This document shows, in pieces, positions 55,097 to 64,000 of a stretch of DNA of 64,000 nucleotides (positions within the stretch are counted from its first letter, which is position 1; each line of letters starts with the position of its first letter). This DNA comes from Eubacteriales bacterium (GTDB lineage: Bacteria; Bacillota; Clostridia; Oscillospirales; QAKW01): NCBI GenBank assembly GCA_045539135.1, contig JAZQET010000012.1:2275-66274 (forward strand), written 5' to 3'. A program made the position numbers and the translations under genes. Below the pieces are notes generated by a model, which worked only from the letters and a program-made list of their open reading frames with translations, made no database searches and was not told the origin of the DNA.

Positions 55097-57132
55097 CCCA
55101 TTTCACCTGCCTTTCTCATAATCTCCGTTCGGATAGAGGAATCCTCCAAGGAAACCTTCTTTTCACAATGGATCTTCAAATTGCTGACAACAGAGCCATC
55201 GTGCTGATATTCCAACACCCCAAGCTCTTTCAAGATGCGCATCGAAAAATAAATCGCGCCCAATGAGAGCTTGCGAAAGCCTTCCGCTTCAATTCTCTTG
55301 GGGAAAGTATAAAAGTCCAATTGCCGTGCGCCTATGTCGATTTGCTTTTTCAAAAAGCGAAATAAGGCTGCCGTATCCTCTCTTGATGGGATATCCGATG
55401 AGCAGATCTCATGAGATTTTAGCCGTTTCATATCTTCTTCAAAATCTGCACTAAAACGTATATCCTTAACTAAAAGCCGAACACTTTTATGGCTGTTATA
55501 TGTATTGATATCTGCCTCAAAGACAATGTCAACAAGATCGCCCGCCTGATAGCAAAACCGGTCGGGAGAAACATGAAAATAAAATGCCGAGAGACGCCGA
55601 CCGTCCACATCAAAAACCAAGCGCATATGGTTTCCGTTTGCGGTAGGTACCGCCTCAACAACGGTAATATTCTTTGCACAGTAAAGAGGGGTTTCATTTC
55701 CCCGTCCGAAAGGTGCCAGCGCCTCCAATGCACTAATGTTCGCGACCGTAAGATCTGCGCCCTTCAGCACACATTCCACCTCAATGCTTTCATCAAAAGC
55801 ATTGGTCTGCAGAAAGGCTTCAACTTCGGAACACAGTTCGTTGCGAAAAACTTCCAGACATTCTGTCTTAGCCAAAACGCCGGCAGCAAAGGCATGTCCG
55901 CCGTAGCGTTCCAAATGATGGGAAAGATGCTCCAAAGTCTCAAACAAATTAAAGGGACGCACGCTTCTTCCGGACCCTTTGGCAAGATCGCCGTTGACCG
56001 TGAAAAGAATACACGGTTTCCCATAGCGCTCCTTCAGGCGAGAAGCCACAATGCCGATCACGCCGTTATGCCAATTTGCATCCCAAAGCACAATGGCCTG
56101 TCGCTTCGCATTTTCAGGATCGCCTTCGATCATTTCAATAGCTTCTTCCAAAATCTTATTCTCGGTAGCCTGACGCAGATTATTCTCTTTGCAAAGTTCC
56201 TCAACCAATGCATCGGCGCGAGATTTCAAGTTGGTGGTAAGCAATTCAACGCTTAATGAGGCCTCCCCCATCCGTCCCGCAGCATTTAACCGCGGCGCAA
56301 GAATAAAGCCAACCGTTGACGTATCCAACGGACGGTCGCCCACGCATTGATCCAGCAATGAATGCAACCCGATGCTTTCGGTTTCCTTTAGTTTTTCCAA
56401 CCCTTTGCGCACAATGAAGCGGTTTTCACCCCGCATCAGCATAATATCTGCAACGGTACCAATGGCTGCAAAGGGAGTATAACGCAGCCAACCGTCCCCA
56501 TTGCCGAACCGTTGATCCAAAGCGCAGACAAGCTTATAGACAACGCCGACTCCCGCTAATTCTTTGAAGGGATAGCCGCAACCCTCTTGCTTAGGATTCA
56601 AAATCAGCGTATTGGGCAAAAGGCTTTGACATTCATGGTGATCGGTAATGATCACATCCATTCCCAATGCCTTAGCCTCTTCGGTTTCTTTTACCGCTGT
56701 AATGCCGGTATCCACCGTAATTAAAAGGCGCGTTCCGCTTTCGGCAATTCTTTGCAAGGCCGCGCTGTTCACGCCGTAGCCTTCCGTAAATCGACTTGGG
56801 ATAAAATAATCGACTTGACTACCAAGTTCCTCCAACACCTTCAGTAATAAACCGGTGGCAGTAATACCGTCTACATCATAATCCCCGTAAACGGTAATTT
56901 TTTCGCCTTTACGAATGGCCAAACCAATGCGCTCAACCACCGCCTCCATATCACGGAATAGAAACGGGTCATGCAAAACATCGGCATTCATATCCAAAAA
57001 AGAACGTGCTTCTTCCACAGTTTTAATGCCGCGATTGATCAACGTGCGGGCAAAAAAGTGCGTGCACCCCAAGGCGCCGCATAACTTGGCAACTACTTTA
57101 TCATTCTGGCACAAGATCTTCCATTGCTTCAT
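55093..57132 (-). CDS. recJ: ssDNA exonuclease RecJ
   Basis: GDYDVDG, TVDTG, TDHH, PRLNAAGR, GSGRS, GGHAFAAG. ATG at 57132 follows GGAGG. Confidence 0.95.
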   Translation of the reverse strand: MKQWKILCQNDKVVAKLCGALGCTHFFARTLINRGIKTVEEARSFLDMNADVLHDPFLFRDMEAVVERIGLAIRKGEKITVYGDYDVDGITATGLLLKVLEELGSQVDYFIPSRFTEGYGVNSAALQRIAESGTRLLITVDTGITAVKETEEAKALGMDVIITDHHECQSLLPNTLILNPKQEGCGYPFKELAGVGVVYKLVCALDQRFGNGDGWLRYTPFAAIGTVADIMLMRGENRFIVRKGLEKLKETESIGLHSLLDQCVGDRPLDTSTVGFILAPRLNAAGRMGEASLSVELLTTNLKSRADALVEELCKENNLRQATENKILEEAIEMIEGDPENAKRQAIVLWDANWHNGVIGIVASRLKERYGKPCILFTVNGDLAKGSGRSVRPFNLFETLEHLSHHLERYGGHAFAAGVLAKTECLEVFRNELCSEVEAFLQTNAFDESIEVECVLKGADLTVANISALEALAPFGRGNETPLYCAKNITVVEAVPTANGNHMRLVFDVDGRRLSAFYFHVSPDRFCYQAGDLVDIVFEADINTYNSHKSVRLLVKDIRFSADFEEDMKRLKSHEICSSDIPSREDTAALFRFLKKQIDIGARQLDFYTFPKRIEAEGFRKLSLGAIYFSMRILKELGVLEYQHDGSVVSNLKIHCEKKVSLEDSSIRTEIMRKAGEMG

Positions 57133-57164
57133 AATACGACACCTCCCCATAATAATATTTATAT

Positions 57165-57193
57165 ATTATAACACTCTTTTTTTAAAGATTCAA
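57165..57193 (-). promoter_or_regulatory. sigma-A promoter of the recJ...gatB operon
   Basis: TTGAAT-17 bp-TATAAT with TG extension. Confidence 0.7.
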
Positions 57194-57204
57194 TAATAAA
57201 TAAT

Positions 57205-57248
57205 AAAAAACGCGCATTTTCGATCATTTCAAAAATGCGCGCTTTTTT
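57205..57248 (-). terminator. Terminator after the SPOCS-LysM gene
   Basis: CGCGCATTTT...AAAATGCGCG inverted repeat with A/T tails. Confidence 0.75.
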
Positions 57249-57249
57249 A

Positions 57250-58770
57250 TCAAACTTTCGAAATTAAGAGAAGCTTCTTCTCATTCAATATATCTTGCTC
57301 CATAGCGTTCATCTTTTTGATCACCGCTACCGAAGTTGCATATTTTCGGGCAATATCCCAAAGACGCTCTCCCTTTTCAGCAAAATAGACCACCAAAGGC
57401 GCCGCCTCCTTACATTCCAGAGGATGTTCCACATCAACCTTCACTTCGGAAACCACTTTAAAGGTATTCTTTACATAGAGCATCATTGAACAGGAAAATT
57501 CCGTTTTAAGTTCCAGACCATCCGCTCCACGAACGCACTCCATTCCCAAAATACACGGCTGTACCTCGCATCTCATATGATCTGTCAGCAGTTTCAGCTC
57601 CTTTTTAACTGTAAAGGGCAAAACCTTGTCAATACTTCGATAGTGTCCATCCTCTTTAATGAACAATGATACGTCAATTATGCCCTCCAAAGAAATGGTT
57701 TGGTTCATTCCTGTGATCTTTTGAATGATCGGAGTGCCAAAAACTTGTATGATTTCGGCTTCTTCTCCGTCCCAAGGAACATTGTGACGAAGAAATTCCG
57801 TAACCTCTCCCCGCTCTGCCAGTTCCTCTACCGTCACCTGCTCTTCCTTGCACTCTAAAGGATAATAATTGGAATAAACATCCTGCAACAATTGGTGAGA
57901 ACGATTTTCGTACGCTTCTCCTTCTGTCAAAAGAGTCATGGTCAAGGAAATGAGACGATTCTTTCCGCCATCATCTGTTTCCACATCGCTCCTCAGTTGA
58001 ATAACAGACGAATGAACCTCCATCTCGCAAGTTTCTTGTCCCTGAAGATCTAAAATTTGGCTAAAAGGAATGGCCGTGGAAGTGCTTTCCACCCTACAGG
58101 GATCCTCTTCGGGAGTAAAAAGCAAGAATACATCCACCACACCTTTTACAATCGCTTTACCGGGCAATGATTTTACATCCTTTACACACACTTTGGCATC
58201 TGCTTTCAAGATATCCTGAATATCGGTGTGTACTTCAATCTCGCCCTGAATACGTGCGGTATCCGTTAAGCGTTCCACCACCGTATATACATTTACAGGT
58301 ACAAACAACGCTTCCGCTTCATTGCAATCAATTGCTTCAATGGTTTCGTTTTGTACCTGCTCTTTTACCTTGATTGCCATCGAAACAGTCGCCTTGGCAC
58401 TCACCTTACGGGGATTTAATAAACGACAGGAGGCGCCCGAAACGCGCGTGATCACCTGTGCCCACGGCTTTTCTCCCATTTCTTTCAAGAGAAAACTTTC
58501 TTGAAAAGAAACGCTTTCGCTTAAGGACTTGATCTCTCCCTCTTCTTCCCCTTGATAGATCACACAAAAACGGCAAATGCCTTCAATATTTAAGCGCTCG
58601 TTTTCGATCTCCTTTCCGGTTATCACCGGAACTGCATTGCATTGAATGATTTTTTCGGCAGCGGGAAAATAATCAGGGATGAGAAGATCACACTCGCATT
58701 TCTCCTCCAAAAAATTTTCATATAGTGTTTTAGTTACTGCCATCTTTGTTTGTTGCTGATTACATTCCAT
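57250..58770 (-). CDS. SPOCS (DUF3794) repeat + C-terminal LysM spore-coat morphogenetic protein (SipL-like)
   Basis: IPDYFP...KII start, three beta-rich repeats, C-terminal YFAEKGERLWDIARKYATSVAVIKKMN LysM. Confidence 0.8.
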   Translation of the reverse strand: MECNQQQTKMAVTKTLYENFLEEKCECDLLIPDYFPAAEKIIQCNAVPVITGKEIENERLNIEGICRFCVIYQGEEEGEIKSLSESVSFQESFLLKEMGEKPWAQVITRVSGASCRLLNPRKVSAKATVSMAIKVKEQVQNETIEAIDCNEAEALFVPVNVYTVVERLTDTARIQGEIEVHTDIQDILKADAKVCVKDVKSLPGKAIVKGVVDVFLLFTPEEDPCRVESTSTAIPFSQILDLQGQETCEMEVHSSVIQLRSDVETDDGGKNRLISLTMTLLTEGEAYENRSHQLLQDVYSNYYPLECKEEQVTVEELAERGEVTEFLRHNVPWDGEEAEIIQVFGTPIIQKITGMNQTISLEGIIDVSLFIKEDGHYRSIDKVLPFTVKKELKLLTDHMRCEVQPCILGMECVRGADGLELKTEFSCSMMLYVKNTFKVVSEVKVDVEHPLECKEAAPLVVYFAEKGERLWDIARKYATSVAVIKKMNAMEQDILNEKKLLLISKV

Positions 58771-58914
58771 GGTCCACGGCTCCTTCGTTTTTTAATATTA
58801 CCTATGCCGTGTCCATGGTTTTTATTCCACATTATGTATTCCGAAAAAACGTTTTAAGATCCCCCGCAAAAAGCGCGGCGCCTTCACAACAACGATCTGC
58901 ATATCCATTCCTCC

Positions 58915-59070
58915 TCAACATAATTTCGCGATCACAATTCCCATCACCACAATCAATACACAGCAAAGAACCGTAATCAAAACGTTCGGAAGAAAGATCT
59001 GCACCAAAACACCAAAAGCAACCGATGCAGCAATACACCCTATTGTTTTCATCAGTTTATTATGTTTCAT
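58915..59070 (-). CDS. Small hydrophobic membrane protein (51 aa)
   Basis: GAGGGG RBS. MKHNKLMKTIGCIAASVAFGVLVQIFLPNVLITVLCCVLIVVMGIVIAKLC, with two short hydrophobic helices. Confidence 0.65.
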   Translation of the reverse strand: MKHNKLMKTIGCIAASVAFGVLVQIFLPNVLITVLCCVLIVVMGIVIAKLC

Positions 59071-59099
59071 CTGCATCCCCTCTTCCAAACAGTTCTGCC

Positions 59100-59489
59100 C
59101 TATTCTATGCGGGAGTCCGAAGGATGGTACCAATGATAGATCATAGTCGAATACAAAAGATTTACCCGTGCTTTCAATTCCGCAACCGTTGCATCCACTT
59201 CATGTTCATCGGCGGTAACAAGATAAGAATTCAATTTATACAGCAGTGTTTCAATCTCTTCCAATCGCCCGGTCGGTATTAAACGATGTGCCCAAAAATC
59301 GCAACGCTTAAAATACTCATCCAACGCTTTGGCTTCCGTTCTTTTTTCTTCAAAACTACTTACCTCATCAATTCGATCCAACCGTTTATTCATTCCATCG
59401 GCATACCTGCTCATAAACCAAAGATCTGCCGTTATTACAGAAAACACAAATACTGTTATAATGATAAAGCTTGTCATTGTTCGTTTCAT
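59100..59489 (-). CDS. DUF4363-like protein
   Basis: N-terminal TM helix, helical bundle with LEEIE; ATGA overlap with the DUF421 gene, a usual pairing. Confidence 0.65.
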   Translation of the reverse strand: MKRTMTSFIIITVFVFSVITADLWFMSRYADGMNKRLDRIDEVSSFEEKRTEAKALDEYFKRCDFWAHRLIPTGRLEEIETLLYKLNSYLVTADEHEVDATVAELKARVNLLYSTMIYHWYHPSDSRIE

Positions 59490-60169
59490 TTTTCATCCTG
59501 CTTGATTAAATACGTCTTTTTATTATCGTCTATCGTAAGCATAAACACCTTGCAAAGCTCAATATCATACCCTTTCAGGATATGTTTCAAATCCTCTTCA
59601 TTTAAGCCTTTTTCTTCCATATTTTTTTTGATTTTATATCCGTTCATCACTAAAATGGAAGGTATTCCGCCGCGATCACTTACAGACACCCCAAGGTCCT
59701 CGGCCGTTGGCGGAGATGCCATAGGCTTTGGCACAATAGAAATAGTTCCGTTGGTTTCCAAAACCGCCGCCTCCACCTCTTCCACAGAGAGAATACCGTT
59801 TCCCCGCATTGCTTCCATAATATCCTCCATCGACACGCGGGTGCGCAAAAGATTATATTGATTCACCTCGCCCTGATAAATCAAAAGTACCGCCTGACCG
59901 TAAAAAAGAGCGCGAAACCGCATAGACTTCAGCGCAAACAAAGACATCAACAACTCTAAACTAACCATCAAAAACATCGGCATAATGCCCCAAATCAGCG
60001 GCATATTAAGATCTTGCAACGGTAGTGCCGCCAATTCAGAGATCATAATTGTTACAACTAATTCGGAAGGCTGAAGCTCTCCGATTTGCCGTTTTCCCAT
60101 GATGCGAACCGCCAACACCACCGAAAAATAGAGAACCACGCTTCGCAATGCACTAACCGCCACATTCAT
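59486..60169 (-). CDS. DUF421/YetF-family membrane protein
   Basis: RIMGKRQIGELQPSELVVTIMISELA, AVLETNGTISI. Confidence 0.9.
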   Translation of the reverse strand: MNVAVSALRSVVLYFSVVLAVRIMGKRQIGELQPSELVVTIMISELAALPLQDLNMPLIWGIMPMFLMVSLELLMSLFALKSMRFRALFYGQAVLLIYQGEVNQYNLLRTRVSMEDIMEAMRGNGILSVEEVEAAVLETNGTISIVPKPMASPPTAEDLGVSVSDRGGIPSILVMNGYKIKKNMEEKGLNEEDLKHILKGYDIELCKVFMLTIDDNKKTYLIKQDEK

Positions 60170-60210
60170 CACCTCTCGGTTAGTTTTGGCAAAAACGAAA
60201 GATATATGCA

Positions 60211-60246
60211 AAAAAGGAACCCGAAGAGCAATGCTCTTCGGGTTCC
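60211..60246 (-). terminator. Terminator after the carboxypeptidase gene
   Basis: GGAACCCGAAGAGCA-A-TGCTCTTCGGGTTCC perfect 15-bp arms plus a T tract on the minus strand. Confidence 0.85.
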
Positions 60247-60251
60247 GCATT

Positions 60252-61250
60252 TTAGCCTTCCAACTGCTTCAAGCGAGCTTCAAGGCCTTCAATATACTCT
60301 TCAAACGTAATATCACGCTTATAAATCTCGGTTGCCACTTCAACCCCCACATAGCGATAATGCCACGGTTCATAACTATAGCCCGTGATATCTTCATCTC
60401 CTAAGCGATACCGGAGAATGAATCCATACTCATGCGCATGGGTGGAAAACCACTTAAATTCATCGGTAAATGCATAATCCTCATGCAGACAGGCATATTC
60501 ATTTACGATCTTAGGAATACAAACATCTGCCGCCAAACCGGTTTGGTGCTCACTTGCTCCCGGAGGGGCATAATACTGATTGGTAAGTCTTAAAGCCTCT
60601 TCTTCGCTTTTTCCCTGATTCTTCCAATAAGCAATTTTATTATAATAATTGTTATACTGGCGGGTATAAGTGCGATAACCGGAATACAAAATATAATTGT
60701 AGCCTTCAGTTCTGCCGGCGGCAATAAGTTTTTTCAACGCCTCTGCCGCAACACGGTTCATTTTATGATCGGAGTTATAGGAAACCAAATCGTAACCTGC
60801 ATAATCCGAAGAAACCTTGTGGTCGCGGTTTACTAAGATCAAAAGCGGATCGTTTAACAAAGCCTTGATCCCTTCCGCAGTTTTAGGATCGGGATCTACA
60901 GCACCAACAGTTACGGAAGTTTCATCTTTTTGATCTTCCTCATCATCCGTCGGCTTCACTGTAGTATCGGGCTTTGAATTATCGGTTTCAGGTGCGTTTG
61001 TATCAGGTTCCTTCTCCTCCGGAGTGTTGGACTCTGCGTTTCCCGCATCTTCCTCAACCCCATCGGTTACATTATCGGGCGCAGAAGGGGTGGGTTGCGG
61101 TGTTTCTCCCCCCTGATCCTGCACACCGGTATCGGGAGTATTATTTTCATCTTCGCTTGGTTTATCAAAGGCAGACCAGATCAGAACCCCGCTTAAAATC
61201 AAAGCGCAGATCACCCCGATCACCACAGCAATAACACCTTTATTTTTCAT
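60252..61250 (-). CDS. M15B D-Ala-D-Ala carboxypeptidase (VanY/LdcB-like), membrane-anchored with an acidic low-complexity linker
   Basis: ILVNRDH, SGYR, SEHQTGLAAD, YGFILRY, EPWHYRYVG. Confidence 0.92.
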   Translation of the reverse strand: MKNKGVIAVVIGVICALILSGVLIWSAFDKPSEDENNTPDTGVQDQGGETPQPTPSAPDNVTDGVEEDAGNAESNTPEEKEPDTNAPETDNSKPDTTVKPTDDEEDQKDETSVTVGAVDPDPKTAEGIKALLNDPLLILVNRDHKVSSDYAGYDLVSYNSDHKMNRVAAEALKKLIAAGRTEGYNYILYSGYRTYTRQYNNYYNKIAYWKNQGKSEEEALRLTNQYYAPPGASEHQTGLAADVCIPKIVNEYACLHEDYAFTDEFKWFSTHAHEYGFILRYRLGDEDITGYSYEPWHYRYVGVEVATEIYKRDITFEEYIEGLEARLKQLEG

Positions 61251-61292
61251 TTTTTATACCTCCTAAATATTTATAGAAAGGGTCTACTGTTT

Positions 61293-61892
61293 ATGAAACA
61301 CTCTGCTCACTACCGCAAATTAAAATGGACTGCATTTTTCTTGACAGTTGCGCTATTATCAATCGCATTTATTATGGTTTATCAATCTAAAAAGCCCCAA
61401 TCGTCACCTATTCAAAATGACAGTAACAACGTTCAAATCAAACCGCTGCAAGGCCGTTTTTCAAACGAAGCTTTTGCCGCCCTTATTGAAGAAAATCTTT
61501 CCGAACTCGGCTTTATGAACGAAATCACCTTTCAAGGAACCGAGGAAGGGCAATTTTTAATTGCAGGCACTTTTTCCAATCCGTCGCGATTGGTAGCCGT
61601 CTGCAAGGAATTAAAGCCTTTTGAGGCCATTTTAGGCACATTGAGGGGCAGCTCTGTATCCATCACCGGTCATTTAGGAGCAAATGATAAGGGCAACGGT
61701 CGCTTTATCAGCGACATCATTACCTGCTCCGGCATCACCGTCCCCGCAGGAATCGCAACCGATTATATTGATCAATACACCGGTCTGAACGACCTACTTG
61801 AAGTTCCGGTGGAAGAAATCAGCATCTCCGAAGAAGGGATCACCTTTTCGGAAGAACTGCCCGCTTTTATTCAAACTGCTTTGTGTAAGTAG
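61293..61892 (+). CDS. Hypothetical membrane-anchored or secreted protein
   Basis: 199-aa ORF filling an otherwise empty 600-bp gap; AAAGGG RBS; N-terminal TM helix; no recognised family. Confidence 0.6.
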   Translation: MKHSAHYRKLKWTAFFLTVALLSIAFIMVYQSKKPQSSPIQNDSNNVQIKPLQGRFSNEAFAALIEENLSELGFMNEITFQGTEEGQFLIAGTFSNPSRLVAVCKELKPFEAILGTLRGSSVSITGHLGANDKGNGRFISDIITCSGITVPAGIATDYIDQYTGLNDLLEVPVEEISISEEGITFSEELPAFIQTALCK

Positions 61893-62655
61893 AGTCTTTT
61901 TCCTTTGCCTTCGGAGCAAAGTGCACAAGCAGTAGCGAAAGCGCAGAAAACACACCAACGCAAATAGCCAACTGCCAATGAGACAAGCCATACATTTTCA
62001 TAAACGGAACCAGCAACAGTGAAATCCCCTCAAAAACAAAGAGGAGAACAGAAACCGCAATCGTTACAAAGGTGGAATACCTTGTCACATTCAGTTGCTC
62101 ATTCCATTTACAGGAGCTCCAAACCAATCCGGCGTAGAAAGCAAAGATAAGTGCAAAAGAGATATGCCCTGCCACAGGGCGAAAAATGCTGATAATGGTA
62201 TTATCGGCAAAACTCAAATATGCCTCTTCAATAATACACGGTCCGTTAAACAGACAATTTCCCGCCAAAATCAAGGTCATAATCAAGAGATATAATCCAA
62301 CAAAAAGCAACGGTGCAAAACCAAAGCCAAAGCCGAAGGAATATCCCCCATCCTCGCGATCGCGATTAAAACAGGTCGATCTCAAAAGTAAGAAGCGCAA
62401 TCCGCAGAGAATACTTAAGATCACACTGCCGACCAAGGTGCGGAAAAAGACCGTATTATAATAATCTCTTCCCGCAAAAAGAAGACGAAACAACAAAATG
62501 ATCGCCACCACCGACAGTATCGCCGAAATAATCCCCAGTGCAAACGCACCGATCTGAAAATGAATCTTTTGTTTCTTAATCAAAAGAATACCGCCGACTG
62601 CCCCTGCGGCGCAAATTAAAAGTGCGCCTATGTAAGAGAGAAAGATCCCGATCAA
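61867..62655 (-). CDS. Polytopic membrane protein, degenerate YhfC/PrsW-like
   Basis: FQIGAFALG, GLRFLLL, GYSFGFGFG, AGHISFAL; spacing resembles YhfC. Confidence 0.55.
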   Translation of the reverse strand: MIGIFLSYIGALLICAAGAVGGILLIKKQKIHFQIGAFALGIISAILSVVAIILLFRLLFAGRDYYNTVFFRTLVGSVILSILCGLRFLLLRSTCFNRDREDGGYSFGFGFGFAPLLFVGLYLLIMTLILAGNCLFNGPCIIEEAYLSFADNTIISIFRPVAGHISFALIFAFYAGLVWSSCKWNEQLNVTRYSTFVTIAVSVLLFVFEGISLLLVPFMKMYGLSHWQLAICVGVFSALSLLLVHFAPKAKEKDSTYTKQFE

Positions 62656-63362
62656 CGAGATGCACCTCCCTTATTCGTTTTGAAAGGAAGCGGCAACAGC
62701 ACATAACCCATAATCAAATTAAAGATCAAAACAGCCGCCACAAAGCTATATGTGATATATACGTTAGCAAACAACAGCATAACCGCAAACACCATATAAT
62801 AAGTGATCGCCAAAACGGAGCCTACAATGCGATGCTTTTCGACCGTCAACTGATAGCCAATGGCGGAAAGCAAAATATAAATCACTCCGCTGATCAGCAT
62901 CAAAACGCCAAAACCAACTGCCTGCATCATATCAATTTCGGTGGCGAACACCAACCCAAAAACAAGGAGATTTTGTCCTAAAATAAAACCGCTTCCAAAG
63001 GTAAGACCCGCCATTCTATTGGACTCCTGCTTCAAAGCGCTTTGAAAGGTGAAGTATTTCACCGTTTCCGCGATCAAATAAAACAGCAGTAATGCCAAAC
63101 TTCCGCCCACATAGATATAAACATCGGCATCCGTAACATCGGAAATTGCAATGGTGGGTAAAAAGAGCTGAACAACCAATAAAAGAACGACCGCTACCGC
63201 AACCAATGCCATAAAAAACGTGGCAAAGCCATAAAGCACGGCATTAAATGCAACTTCTTTGCGCTTTGGCATCAGATACAAAGCCAGCAACACTCCGCAA
63301 GGAATGATTGCACCCATAATCAGAGACGGCCACACAACCGAAAGTGAACTCAAAAAATTCAT
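62652..63362 (-). CDS. Polytopic membrane protein, degenerate YhfC/PrsW-like
   Basis: AVLYGFATFF, AETVKY, GLTFGSGF; about 7 hydrophobic helices. Confidence 0.55.
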   Translation of the reverse strand: MNFLSSLSVVWPSLIMGAIIPCGVLLALYLMPKRKEVAFNAVLYGFATFFMALVAVAVVLLLVVQLFLPTIAISDVTDADVYIYVGGSLALLLFYLIAETVKYFTFQSALKQESNRMAGLTFGSGFILGQNLLVFGLVFATEIDMMQAVGFGVLMLISGVIYILLSAIGYQLTVEKHRIVGSVLAITYYMVFAVMLLFANVYITYSFVAAVLIFNLIMGYVLLPLPFKTNKGGASR

Positions 63363-63366
63363 ACTT

Positions 63367-64000
63367 TTAATCCTTTTTCATTGTTAATTTTGCAGCGGAA
63401 AGGGTATTCTCCAACAGCATCGAGATGGTCATCGGTCCAACTCCGCCGGGAACCGGTGTAATATATGACGCTTTTTCGAAGCAAGAGTCGAAATCCACAT
63501 CTCCGCACAACTTACCGTTTTCATCCCGATCCATTCCCACGTCGATCACCACAGCACCCTCTTTGATCATATCGGCGGTGATGAACTTCGCTTTTCCGAT
63601 GGCAACAATCAAAATATCAGCTGCAGCAGTTTTCTTCGCAAGATCGCGGGTGCGTGAATGGCAAATTTGAACGGTGGCATTGGCGTGCATCAACAGCATT
63701 GCTTGCGGTTTGCCAACAATGTTGCTTCTGCCCACAACAACGCAATCCTTCCCCGCCACATCAATATTGCTGTATTCCAACAGCTTCATTACTCCCGCAG
63801 GAGTGCAGGGCAGAAAATCATATTGCCCCAACATAATTTTGCCCACATTCTGCACGTGAAATGCATCCACATCTTTCTTGGGGTCAATGGCCGCAATCAC
63901 CTTATTGGCATCCAAATGCTTCGGCAAAGGAAGCTGAACCAAAATACCGTGGATTGCAGGGTTTTCATTCAACTGTTTCACCAAAGAAAGAAGTTCTTCC
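63367..64000 (-). CDS. folD: Bifunctional methylene-THF dehydrogenase/cyclohydrolase (5' end outside window)
   Basis: [43 protein letters not shown]. Confidence 0.96.
   Translation of the reverse strand, partial: EELLSLVKQLNENPAIHGILVQLPLPKHLDANKVIAAIDPKKDVDAFHVQNVGKIMLGQYDFLPCTPAGVMKLLEYSNIDVAGKDCVVVGRSNIVGKPQAMLLMHANATVQICHSRTRDLAKKTAAADILIVAIGKAKFITADMIKEGAVVIDVGMDRDENGKLCGDVDFDSCFEKASYITPVPGGVGPMTISMLLENTLSAAKLTMKKD

Noticed and set aside
60930-61160. Low-complexity Asp/Glu/Thr/Pro-rich stretch as a tandem repeat or array
   Set aside because: No regular nucleotide repeat unit. It encodes a disordered linker.
60252-61250. VanY-like gene as a vancomycin-resistance determinant
   Set aside because: No vanHAX, vanRS or mobile context. 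It is most likely a housekeeping M15B carboxypeptidase.

Overview
A 64-kb core-chromosome segment from a spore-forming anaerobic Firmicute. Class Clostridia is inferred from gene content and order, sigma-A promoters, a T-box leader and a SPOCS-LysM coat protein; an Oscillospirales-like gut or rumen lineage is plausible but not provable here. Most genes are on the minus strand. In order: pncB (truncated), a K+-dependent membrane pyrophosphatase (hppA), nagB plus a phosphohexomutase, an FkbM methyltransferase followed by an unannotated 48-aa Cys-rich ORF, and a PrsA-like PPIase. Next is a 10-gene [FeFe]-hydrogenase locus with an Hnd/A3-type catalytic complex and a sensory module (DRTGG, kinase, group C/D-like hydrogenase, PHP). 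Then come serC-serA, CNNM-CNNM-dusB-MATE, a two-component system with htrA, a Leu T-box-controlled leuA-ilvBNCD-leuCDB-ATPase-ilvA operon, rpmG-secE-nusG-rplKAJL, recJ-rel-dtd-MBL-hemZ-ligA-gatB, sporulation and envelope genes, and folD (truncated). I found no mobile elements, CRISPR arrays, rRNA or tRNA genes. The best candidates for follow-up are a gatB with no adjacent gatC/gatA that shares an operon with a motif-divergent Dtd, the hydrogenase-linked phospho-signalling module, a terminator-like leader before hppA, a pair of complementary-degenerate YhfC/PrsW-like membrane proteins, and the Cys-rich microprotein. All family assignments come from motif recognition by eye; no database search was run.
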